The translations under genes and the position numbers were made by a program. DNA of 60,651 nucleotides, the filler included, from Globobulimina sp. (Eukaryota), in assembly GCA_003354225.1 (NCBI GenBank). It is 13 parts of 13 records of this genome, joined end to end, with 100 filler letters (N's around TTAATTAATTAA, not from the genome) between each part and the next. Parts side by side here need not be neighbours in the genome. Positions count along the whole stretch, not along the records: positions 9,359 to 13,934 come from PIVH01001101.1; positions 14,035 to 18,609 come from PIVH01001102.1; positions 18,710 to 23,283 come from PIVH01001103.1; 10 more parts are not named here. The stretch is one strand, 5' to 3'. The number at the start of each line of letters is the position of its first letter. The stretch's first letter is position 1. Shown here one piece after another: positions 9,359 through 23,383 of the stretch. Below the pieces are notes generated by a model, which made no database searches, had not been told where the DNA came from, and was given only the letters and a program-made list of their open reading frames with translations.

Positions 9359-12300
9359 TGCATTCAGTGGCAGCTTTGCGGGGTTTATGTGTTGCGGATG
9401 TATTACGCTTAAAAATTATAAATGAAGGCGTACTGCGAGCGTTCTTACAAATTATTGACAAACCACCGAATAATGCAATTTTAGTAGAAATATCTGCGAT
9501 TTTATGCGGATTTTCATCACTGTATGAAACACATATTGATTTATTGCAACCAGCGGTTTTACATTGCATATTTTTATTATCGATGGGTGATATTGTGGAA
9601 GCGCAACAATTCGGTTGTACGACATTAGCAAACTTAGCATCCAATTCAGCAAACCATGAGAAACTAATTGGAGCAAATGCGATTTGTAACTTATTGATAA
9701 TTTGTGATTATAATGATAATAAAGTAAAGTCGTCAGCGACCCGCGCATTGGCCAACTTTGCAGCGAATAGCAAACGACATCAACTGTTGTTGGACGAGGG
9801 TTGCTTGGAAATTATGATTCGCATTTTAAATAATGCAGATTCGTATAATAATATGTTTTCAGCTTTATTTTTTAGCATTTTATGTGAAAATAATAACTTA
9901 CATAAAATATTATCAATCCCTGAAATTATCCAACCTCTCTTCCATTTGATTGTATCATATGATACTGCGGTTACTGAAACCGTACGGTATTCTGTTTTGG
10001 CATTAGCGAATTTAGCAAATTCAGGGCAATCGCATCCATTTATTTTATCCGAAATTGAGATTCAATTAAATTCATTTTTCAATTTGTCGTCATTTAAAGA
10101 CATTGAAACACAAAGATATTTAGGTTTGTTATTATCGAATTTAGCTGAAAATGTAAACTCTCATGATTTGCTATCAACGCCCATTGCTTTGCGTAAAGTA
10201 GCAATATTATTTGAATCGGATGAGATTGAGGTAATATTAAATGGTTTATCATTTATTCTTAAATTGCTATCCACCAAAAAAGATTCAATTCGGTGCAGAA
10301 TAAGCAATATGTTTAATAAAATAATGATAGATTTAAATGAAAAACAAGAAAATGAAGAATTACTATTTATGATATCTGCATATTTTAGTAATATAACTAC
10401 ATCGTCAGAAGTGCGGAAAAATTTATGCTGGGACGACATTGTGATGTTATTAGCCAATATGTTAAAAGCAAACCATACGAAGAATAAAGACGTACAAATA
10501 CATTCAATTAATGCTTTGGCCAATTTACGCGATGTCAATAAAGCAGTAAATATTATGGTAGACAAAGATTGGATTTTGGCGTTAATTTTGCAATGTATCC
10601 AGTCCACCATAATTGACATTCATTCCTCCGCTTTGCGACTAATTTCAGGCATATCCTCTCATAAACTGTCCATTGATAAGTTAATAAATCAGAATATGAT
10701 ACATTTAATTGGCCCGTTTGTACGTTCTCCACACTGTGCATTTAGAAAATATGCATATATTTGTTTAGCAAATTATGCCTCGCATTCAAATGGGAAAATT
10801 GATTTAAATGATGTTAATTTGATAAAATGTTATTTAAATACCAGTATTGATGAAAAAGCAGATGTTGAAGAAATGCGATGTTGTTTGTTTGCTTTGGCAA
10901 ACACTGCATTTCATACTGAAAATGAACAAGTTATCTCGCAGTCCGGTATATTAATTGTAAAAACGCTGATTGATTATATTCAGTTGAATGATAAAATAGT
11001 AAATGAGTATGCTTCTTTATTGTTATCCAATTTATCCGTTTTATTACCCACGCATTCAATGTTTGGTTATCATGATATTTTATTAAGGATTATAAAATTA
11101 GCAAATGATGACAACAATGATAACAATGCCACGACAGTTTTACAGTCAATTAAATGTTTACGGAACTTAGCCTTTTATGACGAACATATTCACATTTTAT
11201 TAGAATGCCAAATTATTGATTTTATTATCAAGTTTATAAATAAACGGAAGATGAAAAATTACCATCAATACTCACCGCTTATTGATAAACAAATTGCTGG
11301 ATTGTGTTATAATTTATCCTCTCATCCAATATCTATAAAATATATCGCAAGGAACGATTTAATATTATCTGTTACTTCATTGTTAGTCAGCAATCAGCCT
11401 GAAACACGAAGAGATGCGGCAAGGTCCTTAAGCTGCATTTCTACGCACACTGACATTGCCACTCCATTGTTTTTAGAAAATGAGCAGACATTAACATATA
11501 TATTAGCTGCATTCAAATTTACTGACGATTTAGATTTATATCATTCATTAGCGATTATTTTAGGATATGTGTTTAGTTTGAAACAGATTCAAGATGGCAA
11601 ATCATATAAAATTACAAGAACGCATATTTTATCTTTATTACGCAAACCAAATCGGCAAATTCAATTAGCGGCTCTTTGGGCCACAAGTACTGGCTCGGAA
11701 AATGTTATCATGAAAGACGATGAAATGCTGCAAATCATTGCTTCTTTAGCCGGACCACAGTTGCCATGCACTGAGGATACTGACACTGCGGCAAAAAACC
11801 GTGATGAGGCAAAGAGTCGATTCGGTGCGTCACCATTATTGCTAAAGACTATACGTCGTCGAGCATTAATAACATTGGTCAATTACGCCAAAAATGAAGA
11901 AAATCACAAATTAATTATTTCAAATTGCTCGAATGGAATTAAAAATGCATTTAATTTAAGAGATTGTAATGATGTGGACGTAATATTATTGTCTGCGATG
12001 TTATTATCAAATTTAAGCAACACATTAAATATTGAAATCCATAATGAATTAATTGGCAGTCATGATATTTCCACATTGGATTTATATTTGGGTTATAATA
12101 ATATAAATATTCAGATATTCGCAACCAGAGCTTTATCAAACATTTGCAATACACCAAAATTTGCAAAAAAATTAATACTTTCTGAGAAAATAATTCCTTT
12201 GTTATGTCTAACTACAACCAAAGGACATTTGTTATTAAATGGAGAAATTGCTTCTTTTTTTCACAATTTAACCAGACACAAACAGTTTATACCAATGATA

Positions 12301-13934
12301 TTGGAACAACATTTAATTCCGACAGTAATTGAATTATTAAAAACCAACACGGACATAACGCTCAGATTGCGGGTCATTAAAACATTACAAAATTGTTGCT
12401 GTTTACCCTCGACATTACAGCGGATGATTGAGGTTGAAAATGGTGTACCTTTTCTATGGAATTTATTATTAAAATTTGCAACCAATAATACCAATGGCAT
12501 ACAGAACACACAATTTATATCTGCGGTAATTAAAATATTGTCCTTATTCACGCGAGATAAGAATTGTAAATATCAATTTTTATGTGGCTTGTATAATAAT
12601 TTAAATTTTGATGATACATTTTCTATGATGATGGAAACCAAAAAAACCACAGAAATAAAATTAACAAATACAGAAAATTCAAAACCTGAATTACCAGAAA
12701 TCCATCGGAAACAAAAGTGTTTGACAGAAATGGAAACAGAATTTAAATCTGATGCTTGTGCTCAAAAGTTATGCAGAAATAGATTGAAATCATTGTTGGG
12801 CACAATTTTTTATGCAGAAATTGATGAAAAAGTGTTGATCTTGAAAATATTGAAAGAATTGTCGGGTTTAACTGAATTGCATGAAATTTGGATGAGTGAA
12901 GATTTAGAAAAAGATTCATTGTCTTATTTAACACTGTATTCGTTATGTTTGGTGTTAAGAGATAATATAAATTGTTTTGAACTGATTGAGATTGCATTGA
13001 CTGTGTTATCGCAGTTATTATTATATACAAAGACTGTATCCCAACTCTTAAAGTTTGACGAAATACAAAATAGATTTGATATAATAAATGAGTTACAAAA
13101 ATATGGCAATCACGAATGGATTTCAATTAGAACGCTGACCTTGAATATAACTGCAAGTTTAATGGAATATATTCAACATTTAATTGCAACAAACACAGAA
13201 CGCAAAACGCAATGTTTTGAATATTTTAACAAGTATTATCATGAAACAAGTCAAACAACCACAGCACAATCGGAGGAGAGATTAAATGGTTTCAGTTTAA
13301 TAAAATTAAATGCCAAAATACCAGATATCCGCTTACAAGCGCAAGCATCCCGTTTGCTGGCAATATTTAGCTCTATTAAAGATTACGTGCATCGGTTGAA
13401 TAATGATCATATTTACGCATTATTGTTTTTATTAGCTGAGCAATCCTGGAGAATTGGGGGAGATACTGAGGTAAAACCAGCTGCTGATGGTGGCCATGAT
13501 GATGAGGCAAAGCACAGTGAAAACCCTGAAGTGCAAAGTAAGGATGATAGATTTTTAATGACTGTAGATCAAGACACGCAGATTATACATAAGTCGGTGG
13601 TCACTTGTATCAGTAATATGGCGACGCAATTAAAAAGTGAGTTTATTCCAGGAAGCACAAATTTAATGCCTGCTATTTTACGATATTTGAAAGATCGTAA
13701 TTTAGAGATACGTTCATTAGCATTTATATGTATTGCTGGCTCTGGAAAAAGAGGAGTATCGCCTTTGTTTTCTGTGTGGGATGATCCTATTTCAATGATT
13801 GTAAACACATTGCAATCTGCAACAGCAACAGCAACAAATATAGTTAATGTAGAATGCAATATTATGAATGCATTCATTTTATTATCGCAAAATGTTAATC
13901 ATTTAAATTATATTTTAACTGCAAATTGTAATAA
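9359..13934 (+). CDS. Large armadillo-repeat (Vac8-like) protein, incomplete at both ends
   Basis: ORF spans the whole contig, with recurring ARM motifs (TLANLA, RALANFA, LALANLA, RALSNIC). Confidence 0.85.
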
Positions 13935-14161
13935 NNNNNNNNNNNNNNNNNNNNNNNNNNNNNNNNNNNNNNNNNNNNTTAATTAATTAANNNNNNNNNN
14001 NNNNNNNNNNNNNNNNNNNNNNNNNNNNNNNNNNAAACAATTGGGATCAATATACCACACTATTGCCCTTTAATAATCATTATAAGCTTTTGCTGACTCA
14101 TCGTTTAATAATCCCATTTATATTGTTTTTAGTCTTACTACTTAACGCGGCTCCAATCACA

Positions 14162-17100
14162 ATGAACAGAAACACGTACATCTCTCCACGAACAGATTTC
14201 GGTAAGCCACCAAAGAATTACATCCCAGGCGCGGGTCGTGGCGCTGTTGGGTTTACAACCCGTTCTGATATCGGTCCAGCTCGCCAAGCCATTGTACCAA
14301 TCGATAGATCAATCTCCGCACAAAAAGAACGTGCAAGACAGATACTGTTAAGCAAAACCAATACAATATCCTTACTCCAGCAAATAATACAATACGATGA
14401 CACAAACACATGTACAGATTACAACGTCAACTGGGATCCAACAACAATCCGAATGGGCCAATGTTACCCGCCGCTCCCAGTGCATTAGTGGACGGTGTCC
14501 AAGGAACTGACAAAAAAGATCAACACTCCACCAGCACCAACAAAGAGACTGAAGATTTGAATGAGAGCAATTATGATCCATTCACGGGATACACATCGAA
14601 TCTATTTAGTGCGGATAGCTACGACGATGAAGACCGCGAAGCCGATGTTATATATTCAACCATTGACAAACGGCAAGACAGTAAACGCAAACGGCGGAGA
14701 GAGGAACGAGAGAAGCAACAATGGGAAGAATACCACAAGAAAAGACCCAAAGTGCACGAATACTTTTTAGCTGAAAAGCGGCAATTAGCGGACCTGCAAT
14801 TATCTGAATGGCAAAATATTCCTGAACCTATGGACTTTTCTCGGCGCAGAAGGAAATTTAATAAGAGCTCACGGACTGAAAAGTATACGCCTGTCCCGGA
14901 CAGCATTATCGAAGGCGCGCATAATAGGGATCGCAATAAACACACCATCGACGACATGGATAGCAAATATGGCGGATGGCAGACCAATACACCTATTACG
15001 AATACAGGCACTATGACTACGGATTTGACGCAGTTGGGCAGAGCCAGAGACAGAGTTTAGTACAGTAGTAATGTTTCCATTTGGTGCGAGGAGTTGTTAT
15101 CTCAAACAAACCGTTTCCATGCACACTACACAGCATCTCGGCATTCAATTGGATAAAATGGCAGACAGTGTGACCGGGCAAACCGTGGTCGACCCCAAGG
15201 GTTATTTGACAGACTTGACTTCGATATCAATCTGTGAAGATACGGATGTCTCTGACATTCGCAAAGCACGCCAGTTATTGAAATCAGTCATAACCACGAA
15301 TCCGAGTCATCCGCCTGGTTGGATTGCTGCGTCCCGTTTGGAAGAAGCTGCGGGGAAATTAGTGGCGGCAAGGAATATGATATTACGCGGCACTCAAAAT
15401 TGCTCAAACTCTCAGGATATATGGATTGAAGCCGCCCGATTACATAACATAGCATCTGCTAAAAAAATATTAGGCACCGCGGTGCAGAAAATACCCAAAT
15501 CAGTAAAAATATGGCTAGCCGCTGCCAATTTGGAGTCGGATGTTTGTGATAAAAAAGCTGTGTTACGCAAAGCTTTGGAGATCATACCAAACTCAATCAT
15601 TTTATGGCAGCGTGCCATAGATTTGGAAGATGCGAATAATGCTCGAATAATGCTGTCTCGCGCTGTAGAATGCGTGCCGCAGAGTGTCGAAATGTGGATT
15701 GCTTTATGTAAGCTAGAAACGTATGAAAACGCGAAGAAAGTCTTAAATTTAGCGCATCGATATTGCGGTGGCGGCGAGAAGTTAATATTTATCGAATCGG
15801 CCAAATTGGAGGAGATGAATGGCAATTTGGCGAACATTGCGTTTATTATCACCAAAGCCATAAAGACATTGGACGCAAATAAGATTGTGATAAATAAGGA
15901 AGAATGGTTTATGGAAGCAGCGAAATGCGAGAATACAGAGCCGATACATTGTACTGTGACCTGTAAGGAGATAATATTTCAAGTGATGCGGTATGACGAA
16001 GAAAATAATAAATTGAATCCAAACAACAAACATGATGAGGAGGTGGAGAGTATGGAGAATGATAATAATTTATGGCTGAAATACAAGAAGGATGCGGAAG
16101 AATGGCTGGATAAAAAGGATAAGCGACAGATCCATGTGGCCAGATGTATTTATCAGTATATATTATCACGGCATGACAAAGGAGATGGATGGAGTAATAA
16201 TGAACAGATTTGGTGGAATGCAGCTCAGTTGGAACGGAAATATGGTACGACAGCCAAGTGTCGAGATATTTTAAAATTAGCATGCGAGAAATGTTCAAAT
16301 TCAATCAATTTATGGTTGTTTGCAGCAAAAATTGAAAAGACTGAGAATAATATTAATGTTGCGAGAGCTATATTGAATGAAGCGCTTCTGAAGAATAATA
16401 ATGATAAAATATGGTTAGCGTTATGCCGCTTGGAATTGTATTGCAATGCGGATGGCGGAGAAGCCATAAAAATTATGCAATTGGCACGGAAACAATGCAA
16501 TACAAACAAAATATGGCTACATTCTGCAAAGTTGCAACGGCAATTAAATGGCGGTGGCTGTGAGGCAGAGTTAAATTTATTAATTGTTGCATGTGAGAAA
16601 TATTCGAATTTTGATAAATTATGGATGATGTTATTGCAGTGTTATGAGTGCAGAAAAGAATATAAGAAATGTATAATGAGTGCGGAAAAAGCACTGAAAC
16701 ATTGCAATAGTTCCATTAATTTGTGGTTGGAATATATACGTATACTGTTATTGCGTGGCATCAATAAATATGCCAAAGCAAGATCTGTGTTACAAACAGC
16801 GACATTGACACATTGTAAAGAAGATAAGCTATGGCTACAATGTGCAAAATTGGAATTGTTTCAACATTGGAATGGTAAAGATATTATCTATAGGAATGAA
16901 TGTGGATATCAACAGTGTAAATCATTGATTGCTAAAGGATTGCAACACTGTGCATCATCTGGATTATTATACGCATTTGATATTGAAATTGAACCGTTGC
17001 AATCAAAAAAATCAAAGTGTGTGCTCTCAATTAAAAAATGTCCAAACAATGTATTTGTGTTCATTGAAGTTGCAAAGTATTTTATACAAATTCGAAAATT

Positions 17101-17365
17101 AAAAAGAGCGAAAGAATGGTTTGAAAGAGCTGTTATTGCGGATGAATTGAATGGTGATGCATGGTCATATTATTATTTTTTTTATTCGTCGACTGATGAG
17201 AATATATTGAATCGATGCATATCTGCACAACCAAAATATGGTGAAATTTGGATTAAAGTAAGTAAGAAAATTGGTAACGAATCGTTAAAAATCAAAGATA
17301 TTTTATTAAACGTTGTTAAGCAATATATTGAGCCATTTACTGGATTCCCAATTCAAGTTGTTTAA
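14162..17365 (+). CDS. PRP6: Pre-mRNA splicing factor PRP6 (U5-102K), 3 exons
   Basis: Motifs [40 protein letters not shown] and [17 protein letters not shown], plus HAT repeats. Introns 14347-14417 and 15055-15133 join the three ORFs in frame. Confidence 0.95.
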
Positions 17366-17609
17366 ATTAAATGAAATTGTATCATCATTTCCAAATGTAA
17401 ACTATGCATTTCTTCACTCTAAAAAAAACTAAAAGTTAATCTTTACGCATCGAGTCTTGCAGAAGTGAGCTAGTCATCGTCGACACATGCTATTTGTCAT
17501 AATCATGATAATTCATAATCATTACCTGTTTTATATACATTCATATTTCATAATCGCCAAAAAATAGAAAAAATCTCTACAAATATCATTAAAACACACA
17601 TACTCAACA

Positions 17610-18609
17610 ATGCCAAATATTGATCAATGGCTATGGATGCCACATAATGAATTATTATTTATTCCGGTTCGAATTACGCCAAACACAGATGGGAAATACA
17701 CCATTTTAGAAGATACTGATGGGAATACATACAAATATTCTACGACAAAGTTAAATAAGTTATCAGTTGCTGCAGTTTCTAATTTCAGCGGACTCATGCC
17801 AGATTTAACCAGTTTGCAAGACTTGTCAGAAGCCTCTATATTATATGCATTGCGACAAAACTATTTATCCGACAATATTTATGTAAACATTGGTACAATT
17901 TTAGTATCAATAAATCCATTTTGTATGCTACCATTATATGGCGAAGAAATGATGAACAAATACTGTAATAATAAAACATTTTTGTCAGAAGCACCACATA
18001 TTTATCAAGCAACCATGAGTTGTTACGAAACTGTAAGAAGAGATCAACAAAATGCAAGCTTGATCATTTCGGGAGAATCAGGCAGTGGAAAGACAGTGAT
18101 CACTCGCAGTGTTTTGGATTTTTTATGTCATATCACGAATAATTCCAATTCAAATTCAACGTCAGGTATTGATATAAAACAATTAATATCAGGAACTAAT
18201 CCCATTTTAGAGGCATTTGGTAATGCAAAAACATTAAGAAATAATAACTCATCGCGAGTTGGTAAATGGATCGACATTTTGTTATGTGATAATACCATTT
18301 GTGGCTGTAATATTATTGATTATTTATTAGAAAAAATTCGTGTGGTTCATGTTGAAAAAGAAGAGCGAAATTATCATATTTTTTATCAGCTGTTTAAAAA
18401 TAATATTATCGACAAAAAAAAGTTTTTATTGGATAAAGATTTAAAATCATTTTTATTTTTAAATCAAAACAACTGTTCATTTGAAGCTGAAAACATTGAT
18501 GATTCTCAAGAATTTGATAATTGTTACAATGCAATGAAGACATTAAAATGGGATCAAACTGAGATTGATGGCATTCCTTATGATTACAAAGATAAAGCAC
18601 TTAAAATAT
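17610..18609 (+). CDS. Myosin motor domain, N-terminal part, 3'-incomplete
   Basis: ILVSINPF, P-loop GESGSGKT, NPILEAFGNAKTLRNNNSSRVGK, YLLEK and ERNYHIFYQL. Confidence 0.95.
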
Positions 18610-18730
18610 NNNNNNNNNNNNNNNNNNNNNNNNNNNNNNNNNNNNNNNNNNNNTTAATTAATTAANNNNNNNNNNNNNNNNNNNNNNNNNNNNNNNNNNN
18701 NNNNNNNNNCTATTGTTTGTCGTTTCTAAG

Positions 18731-21700
18731 TTTATAGAGAATACGTTTTTACTAAGATTCGATTATTGACACAAAAGAAAAAGGGACCACAAACACCCAG
18801 ATCGTTGCTTTATCGCGACACATCAGTATGTACATAATTCAATTAATAGAAGATGTCGATATCGATAATTCTAGAAACTTCTTTATTTTCCGATTTTTGT
18901 TTTCGTTCCTTTTTTGTTTGCAGTGTAGGTATTAACACAAGGCAGCGTTTTGAGTCAGCGCGATCCATCCAAATTACGTGAGTTTAATCAACAACTTGAC
19001 GATCATCCAGAATATCAAGATAAGTTGTTACCAGATATGCCGTTCAAATACGACGATGAATCCTTAATAATATCGCCAACAATTAAAAACCATCAAAGAC
19101 CCGTACCGCGGTCTATGACATATAACGATGGGACAGACGAATACAACCAAGATGACCTACTCCCAAAACTGCAATATTTTGGTATACAAAACGTGAGACA
19201 ATATCAACAAACGCAGCAATCCCTAAACTATTCCAATGCGCGCATTAAAAACACACAAAAACAAATCAAGCCCTCGCACCCCAATATAAACATAAGATTA
19301 CAACGATTATTCTCCAGCGAAAAGCCCACAAAACAACCCTCTGATGATACCATTCAGGATTTATTGTCAAATAACGTTAAAATTGATGCCGATGATCTAA
19401 CGATGAATGGAGATAACTCTCCATTTGAAGCTCAACAAAAACAGAAAGAATTACAATATCAAGCATTACAAATGGAACAAGACGAAGGCGAAGACGCAGA
19501 AGAACAGGAAGTAGAAGAGGAGGATCACGAAGACGATGACGACTTTAGTTTTGCGCAAACATTGGAGGAACTGGACCAAGTTCCAAATTTCAAGAAATTA
19601 TTCCCTGACGATAATGAACGGGACATTGAGATTGATCGCTTCTTACAAAAAGCGCCCACAGTGGATAAGAAATCGGTGCCTCCCGATGCTATAATACTAC
19701 CCATTTATGGTGAAATAAAGGAATATTCCAAGATGTTGAACATAGAAAGGAATATTCTGTCTGCTACATTGCGACATTTAGGCATCTATACACATAATAT
19801 TATCACGCAAGAAGCAGCACAGATATTAGTGCAACATTTACGGCCAAATACAGAAGTTATATTGGAACAATTAGTGGACGAATTAGTGTCAAGATTGCCA
19901 TATAATAAGAATCATTGTGAGTATTATACGTTAAGTAAACGGAAACCAGTGCTGTGTATACTGGGCCATGTCGACCATGGCAAGACTACTTTATTAGATT
20001 TCTTGCGACATTCACATGTCGCAGAGCATGAAGCTGGTGGTATTACGCAAAGTATTGGTGCTTTTTCTATAAATATGATTGATTATGCAGAGCGGAATGC
20101 TTTTGAGTCACATTATGATGAAATAATTGTATTTGATACGCCTGGACATGCTGCATTTAGCGGTATGCGACAAAGAGGAGCACACGTTGTGGATATTGCG
20201 ATTTTAGTAATCGATGCCTGTGATGGCGTTAAACCCCAAACAAAGGAATCTTTAGCCATTATAAGGAAGGAGAAAATACCATTTATTGTGGCCATTAATA
20301 AAATTGATCGAATTGAGGCTGAACCGGACAAAATCCGCAAACAATTATCGGAATTGGGTGTTTTTCAAACGGATACTGAAATGCTTGAGATATCGGCTAA
20401 AACGGGTGAAGGCGTAGGTGATTTGTTAGAAATGGTAGACATAGTTTGCGAGCTTCAGGATCCGCGTGGCGATGGTACTAAAAATGCAGAATTAGTGGTG
20501 ATTGAAGCAAAAAAATCCGCCGCTGAAGGCACTGTGATCAATGCATTGGTTCAAGATGGATTACTGAAAAATGGTGACACTGTGTTAAATTTGCATGGAT
20601 TTGACAAAGATTCGCATGCTAAAATATCCAGATTACAGGATGCAAAGGGAAATAATATCGCTTCTGCTGGGCCATCGACACCGGTTTCTTTCTTAGGTTT
20701 TCATAAAACATTACCAGAGATTGGAGATGTTTTAATTGCGGCATACGATGAGAAACATGCCATTGATGTTCTATCTATGCGGCAGACTCATGAATATTAT
20801 CGGAATAAATTAAAGATTCACGCTCGAGTTAGTTCCTCCCATCCTCGGTTGCATGATCCCACTGCAGCAATGGCTACAAATTACAGTAATGTTGAAGATC
20901 TGGAAGAGGACGAATTGACTGTGTCGGCTAAGTGGACCGCTACGCCACACACCAATGATCCGAGACAATTGAATATATGGATTAGAGCAGATACGTGGGG
21001 CTCTATCGAAGCGTTGGAAAATTATTTGCATCAAATTATAATACCAAACGAGGAATATTACTTTCAGATTATATCCAAAGATGTTGGTCCGTTGTATGAG
21101 AATATTATTCGAGAATGTGATTCGAGGAATTGTTACATTTTAAATTTTAATGTGGCGATCAAAAAAGGACAATATAGGAGCAAACATGTGCAAATATTTG
21201 ATAGTAATATAATATTTGATTTGTTTAATAAATTCATTGAAACCTTAGAGGATAAATTACAGCCAATTGAACAACATATATTGTGCGGGAGAGCTTGGGT
21301 TAAGGAAGTATTTGAAGTGAAAGATAAAGAAAAGGAGAAGGACTCCACAAAAGTGGCGGGCTGTATTGTTGAGACTGGTAAAATCAAATCGGATGGACAT
21401 TTCCGAGTACGTAGGAACAATAAAATTATTTATGAACAATGGGGTGTGTCTGAATTGAAACATTTTGCAATCAATGTCACTGAAATTGAGTCTGGCGATG
21501 AGTGTGGCTTAAAATTGGAATTTGATGATTGGAAATCGGAGGATTTAATCGAATGTTTGGATATTATACAAGAGAAAAATAAGATTGCGCCACCTATATT
21601 CGATTTGGATCCCGCTTTGCAACAAAGTTTATATGGTGGTGCTGGTGGTGCTGGTGGTGGCTCAAGTGATAGATATATAAATGATACAATACTTGAGTCA

Positions 21701-21793
21701 AGAACGGTATTCTCGTATGCTGATGAGCATGAACATGAGGATGAGGATCAATTTACAGACACTTTACATGATGACTACAAAGATGAAAATTAA
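18731..21793 (+). CDS. Bacterial-type (probably mitochondrial) translation initiation factor IF2, 5'-incomplete
   Basis: GHVDHGKTTLLD, EAGGITQSIG, DTPGHAAF, NKID, and C-terminal VAGCIV and GDECGL. Upstream exon 18731-18825 joins through intron 18826-18928. Confidence 0.9.
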
Positions 21794-22023
21794 TTTGTTG
21801 GAAATCATAAAAATACGAGCAATGCGCCAAGAGTCAAAGCCGCAAAGAACAAAAAGGGTAGATTTGTTTTTGAATCTGTAGATCAATAAAATAACTGCAT
21901 TGTTGTTCCAATGAAAAAAATAGTGATATTTTTAAATCAGAGGAAAATTTGTTTTATATCAGTGCTATTAAACTCCGAATTCTTGCAAAATAATCACAAC
22001 AACAACAAAAAAATCTTTACCAA

Positions 22024-23283
22024 ATGGCATCTTTAAAACACAACAAAAAGAACAAAAAGAAGAAGAAAAACAAAGAACAAGGAAAGCATTTATTTTCACC
22101 AGCTTTGCCAGCATGGCCTATTAACGTCAAACAATACATTGAACAGCAACTACAAACACATCAATATTTTAGGAAACGTCCACATGTTTATCCCTGTGAT
22201 GATTTTGAATCATTTGTTAATAAAATAAAGGCCATTTTGTAGAAGAAGAAAGGTGATTTCTGCTGGAGTTTGGATTGGGATCCAGTTTTTTTTAGTCAAT
22301 TGATATACAATGGTTTTTTAACGATTGCTTCAGAAATTCAAGACAATCTCTATGTTATGCTTCCAAAATTACATCAACAGCGATGTGTCATTGATTTAGA
22401 TATACATTCATCAGCCTGCCATTTACCATTAAAAGTCTCAAAATCAACCAAACAAAAATCGAAAAATTATACCGTTACTGTTGACCAAGCATTTGAGAAA
22501 GTCTTTCAACTTTGTATCGATCAGCATGGACTAAATTGGCTCTATCCACCAATGCAAGCTGTACTGTACAAACTATTCCATAGCAGAGGCGATCCACAAT
22601 TAAACGGTATAAATATCCTAAATATCCTTGCGCATACAACATAACATAAGCTATACTGTATAATATATCTAATATATGAAGGAGTGACCGCGCATTCAAT
22701 AGAGATTTGGAATATGTCCGGTGAATTAGTGGCGGGTGAATTAGGTACATCGGTTGGATGTATTTATACGTCACTGACCGGATTTTACACTGAATCTGGA
22801 ACAGGAAGCGTACAGTTGTTAGTATTGGGTCATTTATTGCAAACATCAAATTTTTTATTATGGGATTTGGGAATGTTTATAGAATATAAATCAGATTTAG
22901 GTGCGGGACTGTTGGAAAGGAAGGCATTTATAAATAGGTATAGATGTTTGAGAGATAATAAACAGGCCAACTTGCAATGCAATGAAAAGGTAAATTGCAG
23001 GGATATGGTGAATAAAGTGATGACAATGAATAAGGAGAAAGGTGATATGAAAGAAGAAAAACAAGAATTATCGAACAATGCACGGAAGAGATTGGCAAAA
23101 AAGGAGAAGCGGAGGTTAGCAAAACTTCGTTCTAAACGAGAAAAAGAAAAATTGCAAACAAAAGAAAATAATAAGAATAAGGATTATAAGATGGATTATG
23201 ATAATAAACATGTTGTAATGGAGAATGATGCATATGAACAAATTAAAAAAGCATTGCAAGAGAATTGTGGTCATAATTGGATG
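22024..23283 (+). CDS. Leu/Phe-tRNA-protein transferase family homologue (Aat/ATEL1-like), 3'-incomplete
   Basis: LPKLHQQRCVI, CIDQHGLNWLYPP, HSIEIW...LVAGELG...YTSLTGF...GSVQL and WDLGM...YK.DLG. Intron at 22607-22681. An in-frame TAG at 22240-22242 is unresolved. Confidence 0.85.
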
Positions 23284-23383
23284 NNNNNNNNNNNNNNNNN
23301 NNNNNNNNNNNNNNNNNNNNNNNNNNNTTAATTAATTAANNNNNNNNNNNNNNNNNNNNNNNNNNNNNNNNNNNNNNNNNNNN

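Noticed and set aside
22240-22242. Genome-wide stop-codon reassignment (TAG or TGA as sense)
   Set aside because: ORFs of 900-1500 codons contain no in-frame TAG/TGA, and TAA, TGA and TAG all terminate genes here.
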